Shown: piece by piece, positions 38,985-48,566 of the stretch
Layout: every line of letters starts with the position of its first letter
Numbering within the stretch: the first letter of the stretch is position 1
From: Minisyncoccota bacterium
Lineage (GTDB): Bacteria; Patescibacteriota; Minisyncoccia; UBA6257; 2-01-FULL-56-20
DNA length: 64,000 bases
Assembly (NCBI GenBank): GCA_025449695.1
Contig: JANWIW010000030.1
Location: forward strand, 1,990 to 65,989
Reading direction: 5' to 3'
The notes under the pieces: model-generated
Seen by the model: the letters and a program-made list of their open reading frames with translations, nothing else
What the model was told of the DNA's origin: nothing
Databases searched by the model: none
Program-made: the position numbers and the translations under genes

Positions 38985-40241
38985 TTAATTGATCGTCGTG
39001 CCCAGCATGATGGCATCCCTGCCGCCGTGCACGTGCTTGCCCTGCGTGGCCGTCACCGTCATATCCACCGCCCTCCTGGCCGCATAGTGGACGATCAGGC
39101 GGACGTTCCAGCCATCCTGTTCCGTCACGTCGCCGCTGTCGCCGAAGGTCGCGAAACGGTGCGATGTATTCCGGATCTCGCGCTGGCAGATGAAACCGCT
39201 GGAATTGGATGCGCGAAGCGCGCGCTCCCCTTCCGGGTCATCCGAAAACCACACGCCTCTCATGCTCCCGGCCAGGTACCTCTTCAGCACGAAAGGCTGG
39301 TCTCCGAAGCGGCTGCGGCCCTCGGCCTTTTTGGAGGTGAAATACGTCGCGGGGATGTATCGCCTCACGGTCGCGAGAGATTCGGGTGGTATCTGGGACC
39401 GCAGCACCACCTCCAGCGCCTCGTCGCCTTCCTCGTTCCGGAGCAAGGCAAGAAGCGCCTTAGACCCGAGAAAGGGTTTTGGCGGCACCAGGAACTCGAT
39501 CTCTTCGGCCTGGTAGAGCTCGGCCAGCCTGCGGCCAAGACAGTGGTTGTGCCGGAAAAACGGCAGGTCCATGAAGAGTCTCACTTCCCGCTCTTCGATC
39601 ACCGGCTTCCCTTCGCCGGCACTCACGCTCCGCTCGCCCGCCACCAGGAGTTCGATACCTTCTCCGGCCAGTTCCGCCTGAAGGATGCGAAATGCGGGAA
39701 GGTAAAAGTTGGCATGGGAGGGGTTCTCTGGTTCCGCATAGATCAGGGCCAGGCGCTGCTGGCCGCGCTTCCTCATGCACTCCGCGATGGCAACGGCAAC
39801 GCCGGGAAGCGTATCGGCTTCGGGCCGGAGCGCCGCACAGAGCTTCTGGGTCAGGACCGCATAGCCGTGGTTTTCGATGTTCTGGCCGTCGATCTCGATG
39901 AGATGCCAGCCGCCTTCCCCTACCAGAAGGTCCACCTTGTAGATGGCGGGAACCGCGCCCGGCCGGAGGAGCATGGCCTCCCGATAAAGAGATGGCACCT
40001 GAGCCCCCAGCGTGGCGGCGACCGTCCGCCAAGCCCTGCTCTGCCCGAGATCGGGATGGAGGGCGATGGCCGCGATGCGTCCGACGCCGGCCAGGCATTC
40101 GTGGAGCGCCCGGCCGAGAGCGTCCAGTTCCTCGCGCTGCGTTTCACTGATCTCATACACTTGCGGCGAGAGCCGAAAGCGGTGCGCGGGCTCCTTCCAG
40201 AGGCCCGACGCCGTGACGATGCGTTGTAATGTGTCGTACAA
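38985..40241 (-). CDS. Glutathionylspermidine-synthase-like (circularly permuted ATP-grasp) protein
   Basis: KVD...LIEID, P.P.LGSKALLALL, FVLK..AGS.RGV, ICQ; TTG start with AGGAGG SD. Confidence 0.6.
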   Translation of the reverse strand: MYDTLQRIVTASGLWKEPAHRFRLSPQVYEISETQREELDALGRALHECLAGVGRIAAIALHPDLGQSRAWRTVAATLGAQVPSLYREAMLLRPGAVPAIYKVDLLVGEGGWHLIEIDGQNIENHGYAVLTQKLCAALRPEADTLPGVAVAIAECMRKRGQQRLALIYAEPENPSHANFYLPAFRILQAELAGEGIELLVAGERSVSAGEGKPVIEEREVRLFMDLPFFRHNHCLGRRLAELYQAEEIEFLVPPKPFLGSKALLALLRNEEGDEALEVVLRSQIPPESLATVRRYIPATYFTSKKAEGRSRFGDQPFVLKRYLAGSMRGVWFSDDPEGERALRASNSSGFICQREIRNTSHRFATFGDSGDVTEQDGWNVRLIVHYAARRAVDMTVTATQGKHVHGGRDAIMLGTTIN

Positions 40242-40342
40242 GAAACACCTCCTATTCAATTCGCAAGTTACACTGCCATTCGCGGCAGTATCGCTTCCGA
40301 TCGGAGCCCGGCCGGGAGCGATACTGCAACCAATGCCGATAT

Positions 40343-40386
40343 CAATAAAAACCAGCTTTCCGTCACCGGAAAGCTGGTTTTTATTG
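40343..40386. terminator. Bidirectional intrinsic terminator
   Basis: Perfect 20-bp stem CAATAAAAACCAGCTTTCCG / reverse complement, 4-nt loop. Confidence 0.75.
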
Positions 40387-40401
40387 CGGTTATGTCGTTA
40401 C

Positions 40402-40500
40402 CTACTGGACACAGACGTTCTCGGAGCCACGACACGCAAAGCCAACTTCCCGGAAAGAAAGCTGACAGCAGGAACAGATGCCTTGCTTCAGAACGGTCAT
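40402..40500 (-). CDS. Possible 32-aa Cys-rich peptide
   Basis: MTVLKQGICSCCQLSFREVGFACRGSENVCVQ*, immediately followed by the terminator. Confidence 0.35.
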   Translation of the reverse strand: MTVLKQGICSCCQLSFREVGFACRGSENVCVQ

Positions 40501-40580
40501 ATATATTCCAGAGTGCCAGAGCCGGATCTGCCTGTCAATGCCAGGCGGCATTGTGAGAAAAACCCGGTTTTCTCTTCCCG

Positions 40581-40741
40581 TTTGTCATCCCGGCTCCCTC
40601 CTTCGCTCCTTCTGCGCTTAGCCTTCGAAGGACACGCAAAAGCTCCAACTTCGCCATAGGCCTACGGCTGGACACGTCCTCCTTCGCTATAGGCTACGGC
40701 TGGACACGTACGGAAGGGCATCGCAAGGCCGGGATAACAAA
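40581..40741. repeat. Nested composite palindromic element
   Basis: Outer TTTGTCATCCCGGC/GCCGGGATAACAAA with internal tandem CTTCGC..CTACGGCTGGACACGT units. Confidence 0.75.
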
Positions 40742-40833
40742 ATAAACGGGGCTACAGCGCTAGAAAGACGGGTGGACCGCTGATCTCCGGCTGGCAAGTG
40801 CGCGGGAGGAGAGATTGGCTACACCGCAGCGGT

Positions 40834-41226
40834 TCAAGCACGCTCGGGAGCTGCGGCTTGCGCAGTCTCCGCATCCAGCATCTTGCACATCTTCGCGCAG
40901 AACGCCCGCAACAATTCTCGCTTCTTCCAGAGAGGATTGCTGTCGGAAACCTCGTTGCGGCGGATTTGCCGCAGATCCTGGATGATCATATAGCGGTCAT
41001 GGCCCAAGTCGCCTTCGGCCCGGACATTGGTATCCTCGATACCTTGGTATATCTGGCGCAGTTGTTGGTATTTTACGGGCCGGTCCATGGCCGCAAAGGC
41101 AGGGTGCAGCTCAATGTGCTCCACGAGATCATGGATAGCCACGTAAAAATCGAAGCCCGCCGGCGTATTCATCACTTTTTGAAGGCTTCTCACCAGGTCC
41201 ATTCGTTGCATGTTGCGGGATGGCAT
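40834..41226 (-). CDS. Hypothetical protein
   Basis: Plausible helical ORF of about 130 aa. Confidence 0.65.
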   Translation of the reverse strand: MPSRNMQRMDLVRSLQKVMNTPAGFDFYVAIHDLVEHIELHPAFAAMDRPVKYQQLRQIYQGIEDTNVRAEGDLGHDRYMIIQDLRQIRRNEVSDSNPLWKKRELLRAFCAKMCKMLDAETAQAAAPERA

Positions 41227-41398
41227 GAGTACCACACTTTACCACATGTATCCGGAAATAGCGATGGCAGCTTTTATGCCCTTGTTCAGCGTCCTCTTCT
41301 CGCGCGCGAGCGCGCCGATCTTGCTTTACAGAATAATTTCTTTATGGTATTTTTGAACCGGAGATTTAGTCGGATTTCTAGCAACACACATCAACCAC

Positions 41399-41635
41399 AT
41401 GACTGGAACTATCAAGACGCTCACGGAAAAGGGGTATGGGTTCATCTCTCGCGAAGGCGAGACGAAGGATCTTTTCTTCCACTCCAAGGACTTGAACGGT
41501 ATCGCCTATGAAGACCTTAAGGTCGGAGATGCGGTCACCTTCGAGGTGACCCAGGGCGAGAAGGGCCCGGCCGCGACCAACGTGGCTCTCGCCTCCGCCA
41601 CGGGCGCAGCCGCCACGGACGAGGCAGCTGCCTAA
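41399..41635 (+). CDS. Cold-shock domain protein
   Basis: KGYGFI, DLFFH, KGPAATNV. Confidence 0.95.
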   Translation: MTGTIKTLTEKGYGFISREGETKDLFFHSKDLNGIAYEDLKVGDAVTFEVTQGEKGPAATNVALASATGAAATDEAAA

Positions 41636-41647
41636 GACAGGCTCCCT

Positions 41648-41684
41648 CAAAGACCGCCCCGTTCAACGGGGCGGTCTTTGTTTT
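41648..41684 (+). terminator. Intrinsic terminator
   Basis: CAAAGACCGCCCCG/CGGGGCGGTCTTTG plus T-run. Confidence 0.8.
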
Positions 41685-41821
41685 GCCCGACGGCAAACAA
41701 AAAAGCATCATCTGAAAATGACGCTCTTTTGTTTGTGGGGACAGTAATGTTATTCGGGCCTGTCACCCACATCTCCCGAAAAGACGGTATTGATGCGATG
41801 CTGCTCGCCGCAATTCACAGA

Positions 41822-42034
41822 TCAGCCGGCGAGCAGCCTTGCCAGCTCGTCGATCGCGGACTGGTCACGCCTGCCGCCGTCCTGTCCGGTGACCGGACAA
41901 CGGCTAATGCAACCCTGCGCTTCAATTGGAGCAGTGCCGCTGGCCAGTTGATTGGCGAGGCGCCAGCAGCACCCGGGGTAGCTGCTGTACCAGGACTTTG
42001 CGGCCGTGATCTGGTCATCTGTCAGTTGTGCCAT
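41822..42034 (-). CDS. Small hypothetical protein with four Cys
   Basis: 70 aa, MAQLTDDQ...; purine-rich SD-like sequence upstream. Confidence 0.5.
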   Translation of the reverse strand: MAQLTDDQITAAKSWYSSYPGCCWRLANQLASGTAPIEAQGCISRCPVTGQDGGRRDQSAIDELARLLAG

Positions 42035-42095
42035 AGAATCCCCTTCCTTGAACGGTGCCCGATATTCTTTATGCAACGGATCAGACACTGATCCG

Positions 42096-42983
42096 CTAGC
42101 CGGCACGGCGAGGGCCTGAAATGGCCGCGCGGAAGACCCGATAACGTCCCTCGAGAAGGCCTCGAGCCTCGTCGATGTCGATTCCCCGCCGGGCGACGAT
42201 GGATGCAACCGCCACGTCATTGCCGCAAAGCCCGAGAAGCCGGCTGGCCTCGAGATCGTTCGTCCCGCCCGCTTCCATGACCATGGCGCGGGCGCGGTCC
42301 GTGAGCTTTGCATTGCTCGGGGGCATGAAGATCATGAGGTCGTCATACGTGCGGCCGAGACGGGCCATCACTCCGGTGCTCACGATATTCAGGACGCGTT
42401 TCGTGACGTCGCCCGAGACCATGCGCGTGGACCCACGGACGGGTTCCCGCCGCACGGGAGCGACGATCGGCAGATCCACCAGGCGTTCCATTCTGCTGCC
42501 TTCACTATTGACGAGAGCCACGGTGAGGGCTCCCATCCGTTTGGCCTCCGTGAGAGCCGCTACCGTGTACGGGGTATTGCCGGACGCGGCGACGCCAAAG
42601 ACGACATCCTTGTCGGTGGCGTTCTCACGAATCGCGGCTGTGCCTGCACCCTCATCATCCTCAGCACCCTCGACGCTTTGCCAGAAGGATATCTGGCCGC
42701 CGGCCGGGAATGTCTGGACGAGGTCGTGCGGGACGCCAAAGGTAGGCGGAAGCTCCGATGCGTCCACGGCAGCGAGGCGCGCGCTCGTCCCCGCACCGAC
42801 GTAATACCAGCTGCCGCCGGTCAGGATACGCGCGACGATTGCATCGATCACCCTTGCGATCTGCGGCAGGGTGGGCTCGATGATCGCATTCGCGGCGCAC
42901 TGGGCCTCATGGATATGTCGGGCGATGCGGATCCCCGACCAGAGATCTAAATGCGGGGCCTTTTTTTCCTTCTTCGTTGCCAT
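42096..42983 (-). CDS. murQ: N-acetylmuramic acid 6-phosphate etherase
   Basis: YVGAGTSARL, DASELPPTF, VEGAEDD, ASGNTPY, GSTRM. Confidence 0.88.
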   Translation of the reverse strand: MATKKEKKAPHLDLWSGIRIARHIHEAQCAANAIIEPTLPQIARVIDAIVARILTGGSWYYVGAGTSARLAAVDASELPPTFGVPHDLVQTFPAGGQISFWQSVEGAEDDEGAGTAAIRENATDKDVVFGVAASGNTPYTVAALTEAKRMGALTVALVNSEGSRMERLVDLPIVAPVRREPVRGSTRMVSGDVTKRVLNIVSTGVMARLGRTYDDLMIFMPPSNAKLTDRARAMVMEAGGTNDLEASRLLGLCGNDVAVASIVARRGIDIDEARGLLEGRYRVFRAAISGPRRAG

Positions 42984-43262
42984 GCTTTCCTCTCTTTCAT
43001 TGCGGAGTCCGATCTGATGCACTGCGCTTCCCAAGTTATCAAGTGACAACCTCCGCGGCTGACACTTCTGAAGGGGCAGCGCGAAAGTAACTCATTACAG
43101 CACATAGATTACATGTACGTCAATTCAGGCGAGCCCCCATCACATTGACTTAACTCAGTCGCAATGAGATATTAAAATCGTTCTTTTACGTTATCGCAGC
43201 AGAGGAAAGGAAACATTCTTTCCTCTGCTGCGATCTCAATTGTCCGCACAAGGAGAGCCCTG

Positions 43263-43616
43263 ATGATAGTCAATGTTCTGCTCCGTTCCTGTTCGCTGCT
43301 CGTGGTCATCGCGGTACTGCACCAATGCCTGTGGTCAGCGGGTGGCAGCCGTCTTCATCGAAGGATTGGCTCGATCGCAATGGCACTGGGAGGCGCCATC
43401 GTGATACTGGTCACCATTCGTGGCATGCAACACGGAGGCGAGCTCAGCGGGATGTATGTGATGCATCTCGTGACAGGCGGGCCGTTCTTCGTGACTTATT
43501 TCGCCGCCGGCTGGGCGGCGTGGAAAAAGAAGACGTGGCACCCGCGCATGGGGCGAGTGAGCGCTGTCATGCTCGTTCTCACCCTTTTTGCCGGCGTCAT
43601 GAGTGCTCTGAAGTGA
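43263..43616 (+). CDS. Four-TM His-bearing membrane protein (DUF420-like)
   Basis: Hydrophobic helices with His residues; AAGGAG SD. Confidence 0.6.
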   Translation: MIVNVLLRSCSLLVVIAVLHQCLWSAGGSRLHRRIGSIAMALGGAIVILVTIRGMQHGGELSGMYVMHLVTGGPFFVTYFAAGWAAWKKKTWHPRMGRVSAVMLVLTLFAGVMSALK

Positions 43617-43787
43617 TGACGGATATTAAGCCGCACAGGAAGACCGCCTTCCCGTGCGGCTTCCTCGTTGGCCTGGAAAAGGCTTCTAAGAGAGATGAGG
43701 AGCTGGATATAAAAGCAGAATGACCAGGCCGAAGCCTGGTCATTCCTGATCCCGCCCGAAGGCGGTTTCTGCTTACTGCGTGAACCA

Positions 43788-45080
43788 TCAGACTCCGAAG
43801 CCGTTGTCCGAGCTGCCGCCGCCCAGAGTGACGGTCGGGAAGCCGAAGTTATTGGTGGCGGTGTCGCTCGAACGGCTGACCCCGCCCGTCCAGTCGCTTG
43901 TGCTCGCGGCATGCTCGTGCGCGTAGGCTGCGTTCGAGACGGAGGCTTCGACCGTCCGGAGCAGCTCGTAGAGCACGAGGTGATTCAGGAAGCGGCCCAT
44001 ACTGCTCCGCGCCTGCTCGGTCTTGAGCATGGCAGCGTCCGCGGCGTCGAGACAGCTCGCGACGCGCTGGGGCTGCTTGCTCACGGCCAGGTTCGCGCGG
44101 AGGTCGGCGATGCGGGCCGGCATGGTCTCAAGGAGAACCGGCACCTTCTCGCGGGCCTCCGCGGCGGTCTTGATCTCCTGCTCCATCTTCCGCACGGCGC
44201 TGCGCACTGTAAAGATGTCGAGGGTCATGGAGTGCTGGAGCCAGTCCACCTTCTTCGCCTCGCGGGTGAGCTTGGTGAGCGGCTTGAGCTTCTTCTCCAG
44301 GTCCCAAAAGGCCCGGGCGGTCTCTCGAAGCACATCGTCATGCTTCGCGAATCCGTTGCCTTCCTCCAGGAGTTTTTTCAGCTCCGGGATATGGCGGAGC
44401 AGCTCGTCCCGATAGGGATTTGACATGCTGAGCCAGAGAACGATGATCACGATGAAGAAAAGCGAGAAAGCGCCGTACGCCATGAGATTCACCGTGAAGT
44501 CGTCGTACTTGGACGGATCGGGCTGCGGCACGGGGATGGGCCCGTTGTACCGGGGACGGGAGGCGGCAGCGCCCGCGTTCGGAGCGCTTGCCGCCGCGTT
44601 CGCCACCGGCTGGACGCCGAAGAGGTCCATGATGCCGTGTACCGCCCCGACGACGGCGCTCTCCGCGCTGCCGTTCTTCATGCGGTCAATGGCGGCGTCG
44701 CGGATCTCGATGGCGCGGTTGCGGGTCAGCGTGCCCTTCACGCCCTCACCGACGTACATGGAGCACTTCTGTTCGCTCGGGACGAGGAGAAGGACGATAC
44801 CGTTGTTCGTCTCCTTCTTGCCCACGCCCCACGCGCCCATGATGCCCTTGGCGTACTCCGGGCCGCTCCGTCCGTCCAGCGACTTCACCGTGACGACCAC
44901 GAGCTCGACGCTCGTTGTCTTCTCCAGGTTGGCGATGTCGGCGGTGAGCGTCTGGCCCGTCCTCATGGAAACGACGTCGGCGTTGTCGTTCACCCAGGTG
45001 TTGTTGAAGGCGGGATAGTCGGCGTAGGCGGTGAAGCAGGCGATGAGGATGACTGCGAGGGTAGCGATCTTCTGTCTCAT
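43788..45080 (-). CDS. TPM-domain membrane protein
   Basis: Signal peptide, VNDNADV, VVTVKSLDG, WGVGKK..NNGIVLL; TM; Gly/Ser tail. Confidence 0.85.
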   Translation of the reverse strand: MRQKIATLAVILIACFTAYADYPAFNNTWVNDNADVVSMRTGQTLTADIANLEKTTSVELVVVTVKSLDGRSGPEYAKGIMGAWGVGKKETNNGIVLLLVPSEQKCSMYVGEGVKGTLTRNRAIEIRDAAIDRMKNGSAESAVVGAVHGIMDLFGVQPVANAAASAPNAGAAASRPRYNGPIPVPQPDPSKYDDFTVNLMAYGAFSLFFIVIIVLWLSMSNPYRDELLRHIPELKKLLEEGNGFAKHDDVLRETARAFWDLEKKLKPLTKLTREAKKVDWLQHSMTLDIFTVRSAVRKMEQEIKTAAEAREKVPVLLETMPARIADLRANLAVSKQPQRVASCLDAADAAMLKTEQARSSMGRFLNHLVLYELLRTVEASVSNAAYAHEHAASTSDWTGGVSRSSDTATNNFGFPTVTLGGGSSDNGFGV

Positions 45081-45211
45081 GACTTTCGATTCCTTTCATT
45101 CCTCTCAAATTTCACACAGAGTTGATGGTTCGATGCTGGTCGATCAGGCGACCCCAAAAACACCCAAGACGTCCTTGGGGTCGCCATCGACCGTTCTTAA
45201 TGTGCTCTTAT

Positions 45212-45240
45212 ATTATATCACTTAATAGGATTTAAGTCAA
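45212..45240 (-). promoter_or_regulatory. Sigma70 promoter
   Basis: TTGACT-N17-TATAAT. Confidence 0.7.
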
Positions 45241-45265
45241 TATAAGCTTTCCCTAGGGGAAGGCT

Positions 45266-45802
45266 CTAGGCGCCCCGGGGCCTACCGAGCCGTCCCAGTA
45301 TCTTTTGGGCCTCGTCCTTGGCAATGCTTCGCCGCTGGCGCGCGTTCTTGTCGTTCAACGCGTCATCGGCCATTTGCAGGAGATCGAGCACGCGGCGCTT
45401 GGAAAAGTTGCCCGGCGCCATATACGCGATCCGTGGCCGTAATACTGCAGGCACCGCATCCGCCATTTCCTCAAATCCTTGCTGCGGCGCGAAAAGGAGG
45501 ACCTTTTCCACGGAATGCTTCCCGATAAGCTCGGCTAGGCGGTGCCCCAGATCATCGAGAAACTCCTTGTGGGTCTTCTCCTCTTGCCTATCCTCGCGGA
45601 CCGCTCCTGCGCCGAGCACCTTTCCTTTACCCTTCCGGACAAAAAGGCCTTCCCTATCGGAGTAGGCCGGCTTCTCCTTCCGCACTTCATGGTGTTCCGC
45701 CACAGCTCCGTTCTGGACCACATATATCCTCGCGTCCAGGATGCCGGCCGCAATCACCAGTGTCGCATTGCTCCAGCGCGAAAGATTGTCAGGGATCTTC
45801 AT
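45266..45802 (-). CDS. Host-attachment/baeRF-like protein
   Basis: LVIAAG...ARIY N-terminus, F...L, VLLFAP. Confidence 0.55.
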   Translation of the reverse strand: MKIPDNLSRWSNATLVIAAGILDARIYVVQNGAVAEHHEVRKEKPAYSDREGLFVRKGKGKVLGAGAVREDRQEEKTHKEFLDDLGHRLAELIGKHSVEKVLLFAPQQGFEEMADAVPAVLRPRIAYMAPGNFSKRRVLDLLQMADDALNDKNARQRRSIAKDEAQKILGRLGRPRGA

Positions 45803-45887
45803 ATCCCTAATGATGCACCACCGGCGTGAACGGAGCGTTAAGCCGGTTTGCCGGCTTTCCCCAAAAAAGGTGCTATAATCCCAGTAT

Positions 45888-46160
45888 ATGGATCGTCAAG
45901 AATGGATGCAGAAGCTGGAACGGGAGGGCTTCAAGGATATCCAGGTGTCCGCGCATGCGCCGGACGCGGACTTTCCGGAGCATCGTCATGACCTCGCCAC
46001 CGCTCACGTGGTCCTGGAGGGCGAACTAACCATCACTGACGCGACCGGTACCCGCACCGTCCATCCGGGAGAGCGTTTCGACGTATCGGCAGGCACAGTG
46101 CATGCGGCGAGATGCGGGCCGGGAGGCTGCACCTTCCTCATGGGAGTCAAAGACGCGTGA
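45888..46160 (+). CDS. Cupin domain protein
   Basis: PEHRH....HVVLEGE, PGE.FDV.AG.VH. Confidence 0.88.
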   Translation: MDRQEWMQKLEREGFKDIQVSAHAPDADFPEHRHDLATAHVVLEGELTITDATGTRTVHPGERFDVSAGTVHAARCGPGGCTFLMGVKDA

Positions 46161-46182
46161 GCGCGGCGACAGGGGCCAACGA

Positions 46183-47433
46183 CTATGCCACGCGCCGGAT
46201 GGAATTGCGCAAGGCCCCGCCGATCAGTTCGCCCGTATAATCCCTGGCCTTCTTCGCGAGGCTCTTCACGGTCATCTTTCGCTTCGGGTCGTACAGATTT
46301 TTCCAGGGGTCGGGGCGGCCGAGGACCCAGTTCCGGGCCATGAGAGCGGTGATGCCCGCATAGGTCATACCATTGCCCGAAAAGGCCGTAGCGGTGAACT
46401 GCCGCGGCGCGGTCTCCCCTATGAGGGCCAATCCGTCCGAAGGCTCGAGAATCGGGCCCGTCCACCTGCGCACCATGCGGGGGTGTATGCCCGGCAGGAT
46501 GGCGGCAAGATGCTCCTTCAATCCTGCATAGTTCTTCCGCTCGTCCATATGTATTTCCTCACGATGGTCGGCGCCGCCAAGGATCAGCCGGTCGGTCCTG
46601 CCGGCAGGATCTATACGAAAATAATGGTAGGGGTTCGCCAAGTCGAAGTAGATGCCTTCCGGCACAAGCCCCTTCGGGAGAAGGGCCTCGATCGCGCAGC
46701 TCACGTACATCCCTTTCTTGAGGAAAGTGGCCCTGGGCTTCTGAAAAGGATAGTACGTTGCAATCACGACGCGGTCAGCCCTGATGCGCTTGCCGTGCTT
46801 CAGCCGGACGACGGGACGAACGTCACCGGTCATATCTATAGCCTCGGTACTCTCGTGGACGCGGACGCCGAGCCGGGATAGCTTTTCTGCCAAGCCGAAG
46901 ACGAACTTCAACGGATGAAATTTGGCTTGTCCCGGCACCTCCCAGACGCCTTCGTTCCGGAAGCCGAAGCTGTTCGCCCGGCGGACGCGTCCGGGAAAGC
47001 CAAGCTCCACGGCAAGATCGTTCTCGCGCCGCAGATCGCGAAGATCGCGGGCGCGGTTCGCGTATACCCGCGCCGGCACGCGCAGGAACTCACAGGCTAT
47101 CTTTTCTTCGCGGATAATGTCCGCGATAAGCTCCATGCCATGTGCATGCGATTCCCATACGCCCCGTGCGGCGGGGACTCCGAGCATGGAAATCAGGCCG
47201 GCGAGCGAGGTATCTACAACCTGGGTGATAAACGCGGTGGTAAAGGCGGTGGTATCCATTCCGATCCGCTTCTTCTCGATCAGGGTCACCGCGAGCCCTT
47301 CCTTGGCGAGGAGGTATGCGGTCATGACGCCGGTCAATCCGCCGCCGATTACCGCAACCTCGGTCGCATGATCTCTCTCGAGGGCGGGGTAGGCTCGGGG
47401 TGCTTTGGCGCTCTTGGTCCAGGCGGTCTGCAT
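46183..47433 (-). CDS. FAD-dependent oxidoreductase (DAO family)
   Basis: VIGGGLTG, FHPLKF, DGL.LIG, FSGNGMT. Confidence 0.9.
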   Translation of the reverse strand: MQTAWTKSAKAPRAYPALERDHATEVAVIGGGLTGVMTAYLLAKEGLAVTLIEKKRIGMDTTAFTTAFITQVVDTSLAGLISMLGVPAARGVWESHAHGMELIADIIREEKIACEFLRVPARVYANRARDLRDLRRENDLAVELGFPGRVRRANSFGFRNEGVWEVPGQAKFHPLKFVFGLAEKLSRLGVRVHESTEAIDMTGDVRPVVRLKHGKRIRADRVVIATYYPFQKPRATFLKKGMYVSCAIEALLPKGLVPEGIYFDLANPYHYFRIDPAGRTDRLILGGADHREEIHMDERKNYAGLKEHLAAILPGIHPRMVRRWTGPILEPSDGLALIGETAPRQFTATAFSGNGMTYAGITALMARNWVLGRPDPWKNLYDPKRKMTVKSLAKKARDYTGELIGGALRNSIRRVA

Positions 47434-47506
47434 TGCCCATCCATTCTTCCATGCCCGCCTTTAAATTAAGTGAAAGCCGGGACGGCCTTTGTTATTATTA
47501 GCATAT

Positions 47507-47938
47507 ATGGACCAGAGCATCCTGGATTACCTCAAAACCCAGCGAGTGTGCGTCCTATCGGTGGAGATGATAGATGGCGCACCCCACGCGGCCACGGTGC
47601 ATTTCGCGCACGCCGAATCTCCCCTCGTTTTCTTTTTCGAGACCAACCGCGATTATCGTAAGGCGGAGCCGCTGCTCACGCGGCCGTCCGTCCGGGCATC
47701 GGTCGTGATCGGCTCGAACGAGGGCGATATGCGCACCCTCCAGATGGACGGTGCCGCCAGGATGGTGACGCCCGCAGAGCAGGATATATTCCGGGATATT
47801 TATCTGGGGAAATTTCCGGCAAAGGAAAAGAATTCCACTGACCCGAGAGTCATCCCCTTCATGTTCACCCCGGCCTGGTGGCGGTTCACTGATTGGACCA
47901 GGCCGGAAGGCAAAAGGATATTCAGCTCTGGTAACTGA
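47507..47938 (+). CDS. Pyridoxamine 5'-phosphate oxidase-like protein
   Basis: G.PHAATV, T....RK, TLQMDG. Confidence 0.75.
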   Translation: MDQSILDYLKTQRVCVLSVEMIDGAPHAATVHFAHAESPLVFFFETNRDYRKAEPLLTRPSVRASVVIGSNEGDMRTLQMDGAARMVTPAEQDIFRDIYLGKFPAKEKNSTDPRVIPFMFTPAWWRFTDWTRPEGKRIFSSGN

Positions 47939-48562
47939 TCAGGAACCCCGCGGGCGCCATTCGGTGAGCTTGCCGGCGCCGATCTCTATCGGATCAGCGG
48001 CGCGAAGCTCGCGGACATCGCTCCCGGGCAACACCTGGAAATGAGGCGAATGATCCAGGGCCCGCGGGATCTCCCAGAGGTCCTCTTGGGCGGTGAGCCA
48101 TCTCGTACCGAATCGCAGGAGCGAATACGGCGCCGACCAGCTGCGCATGGTCTTTCGCCCGCTGTCCAAAAAATATTCGTTGAAGTAAGAAAGCGCGAGC
48201 TCCCGTACGGTGCGATAGACGGGATCGCGAAACCGCAGCACGGCATGATTGGTCTTGCTTATCGCCCCCCAATGCCCTTTTCGCTTGAAGAGCGCCACCA
48301 CATGATCGTCGTCGCCATGGGCGGTTCTGAGGTCCAGGAGGAGCGGCGGCTCGCCATGGCGCCACAGGGCGGCGGCGGCGAGCATCGCCCCTTCCATGCA
48401 ATGGGCTTCCTTGTGGGCCATCACTTGAAGGGGCGAACGGCATGTCTCTCCATCACTCTCGAAATTGATGCGCAGGCCGTTCAGAAAATCCTGGATCGCC
48501 GCGGGGCCGCGCAGTTTGGCGAGAAACCCCAGACCGGCGTCGTCTTTGGGGAACGCGCGCAT
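47939..48562 (-). CDS. Transglutaminase-like fold hypothetical protein
   Basis: AHCMEGA, DDHVVA, WGAISKTN. Confidence 0.7.
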   Translation of the reverse strand: MRAFPKDDAGLGFLAKLRGPAAIQDFLNGLRINFESDGETCRSPLQVMAHKEAHCMEGAMLAAAALWRHGEPPLLLDLRTAHGDDDHVVALFKRKGHWGAISKTNHAVLRFRDPVYRTVRELALSYFNEYFLDSGRKTMRSWSAPYSLLRFGTRWLTAQEDLWEIPRALDHSPHFQVLPGSDVRELRAADPIEIGAGKLTEWRPRGS

Positions 48563-48566
48563 GGGA

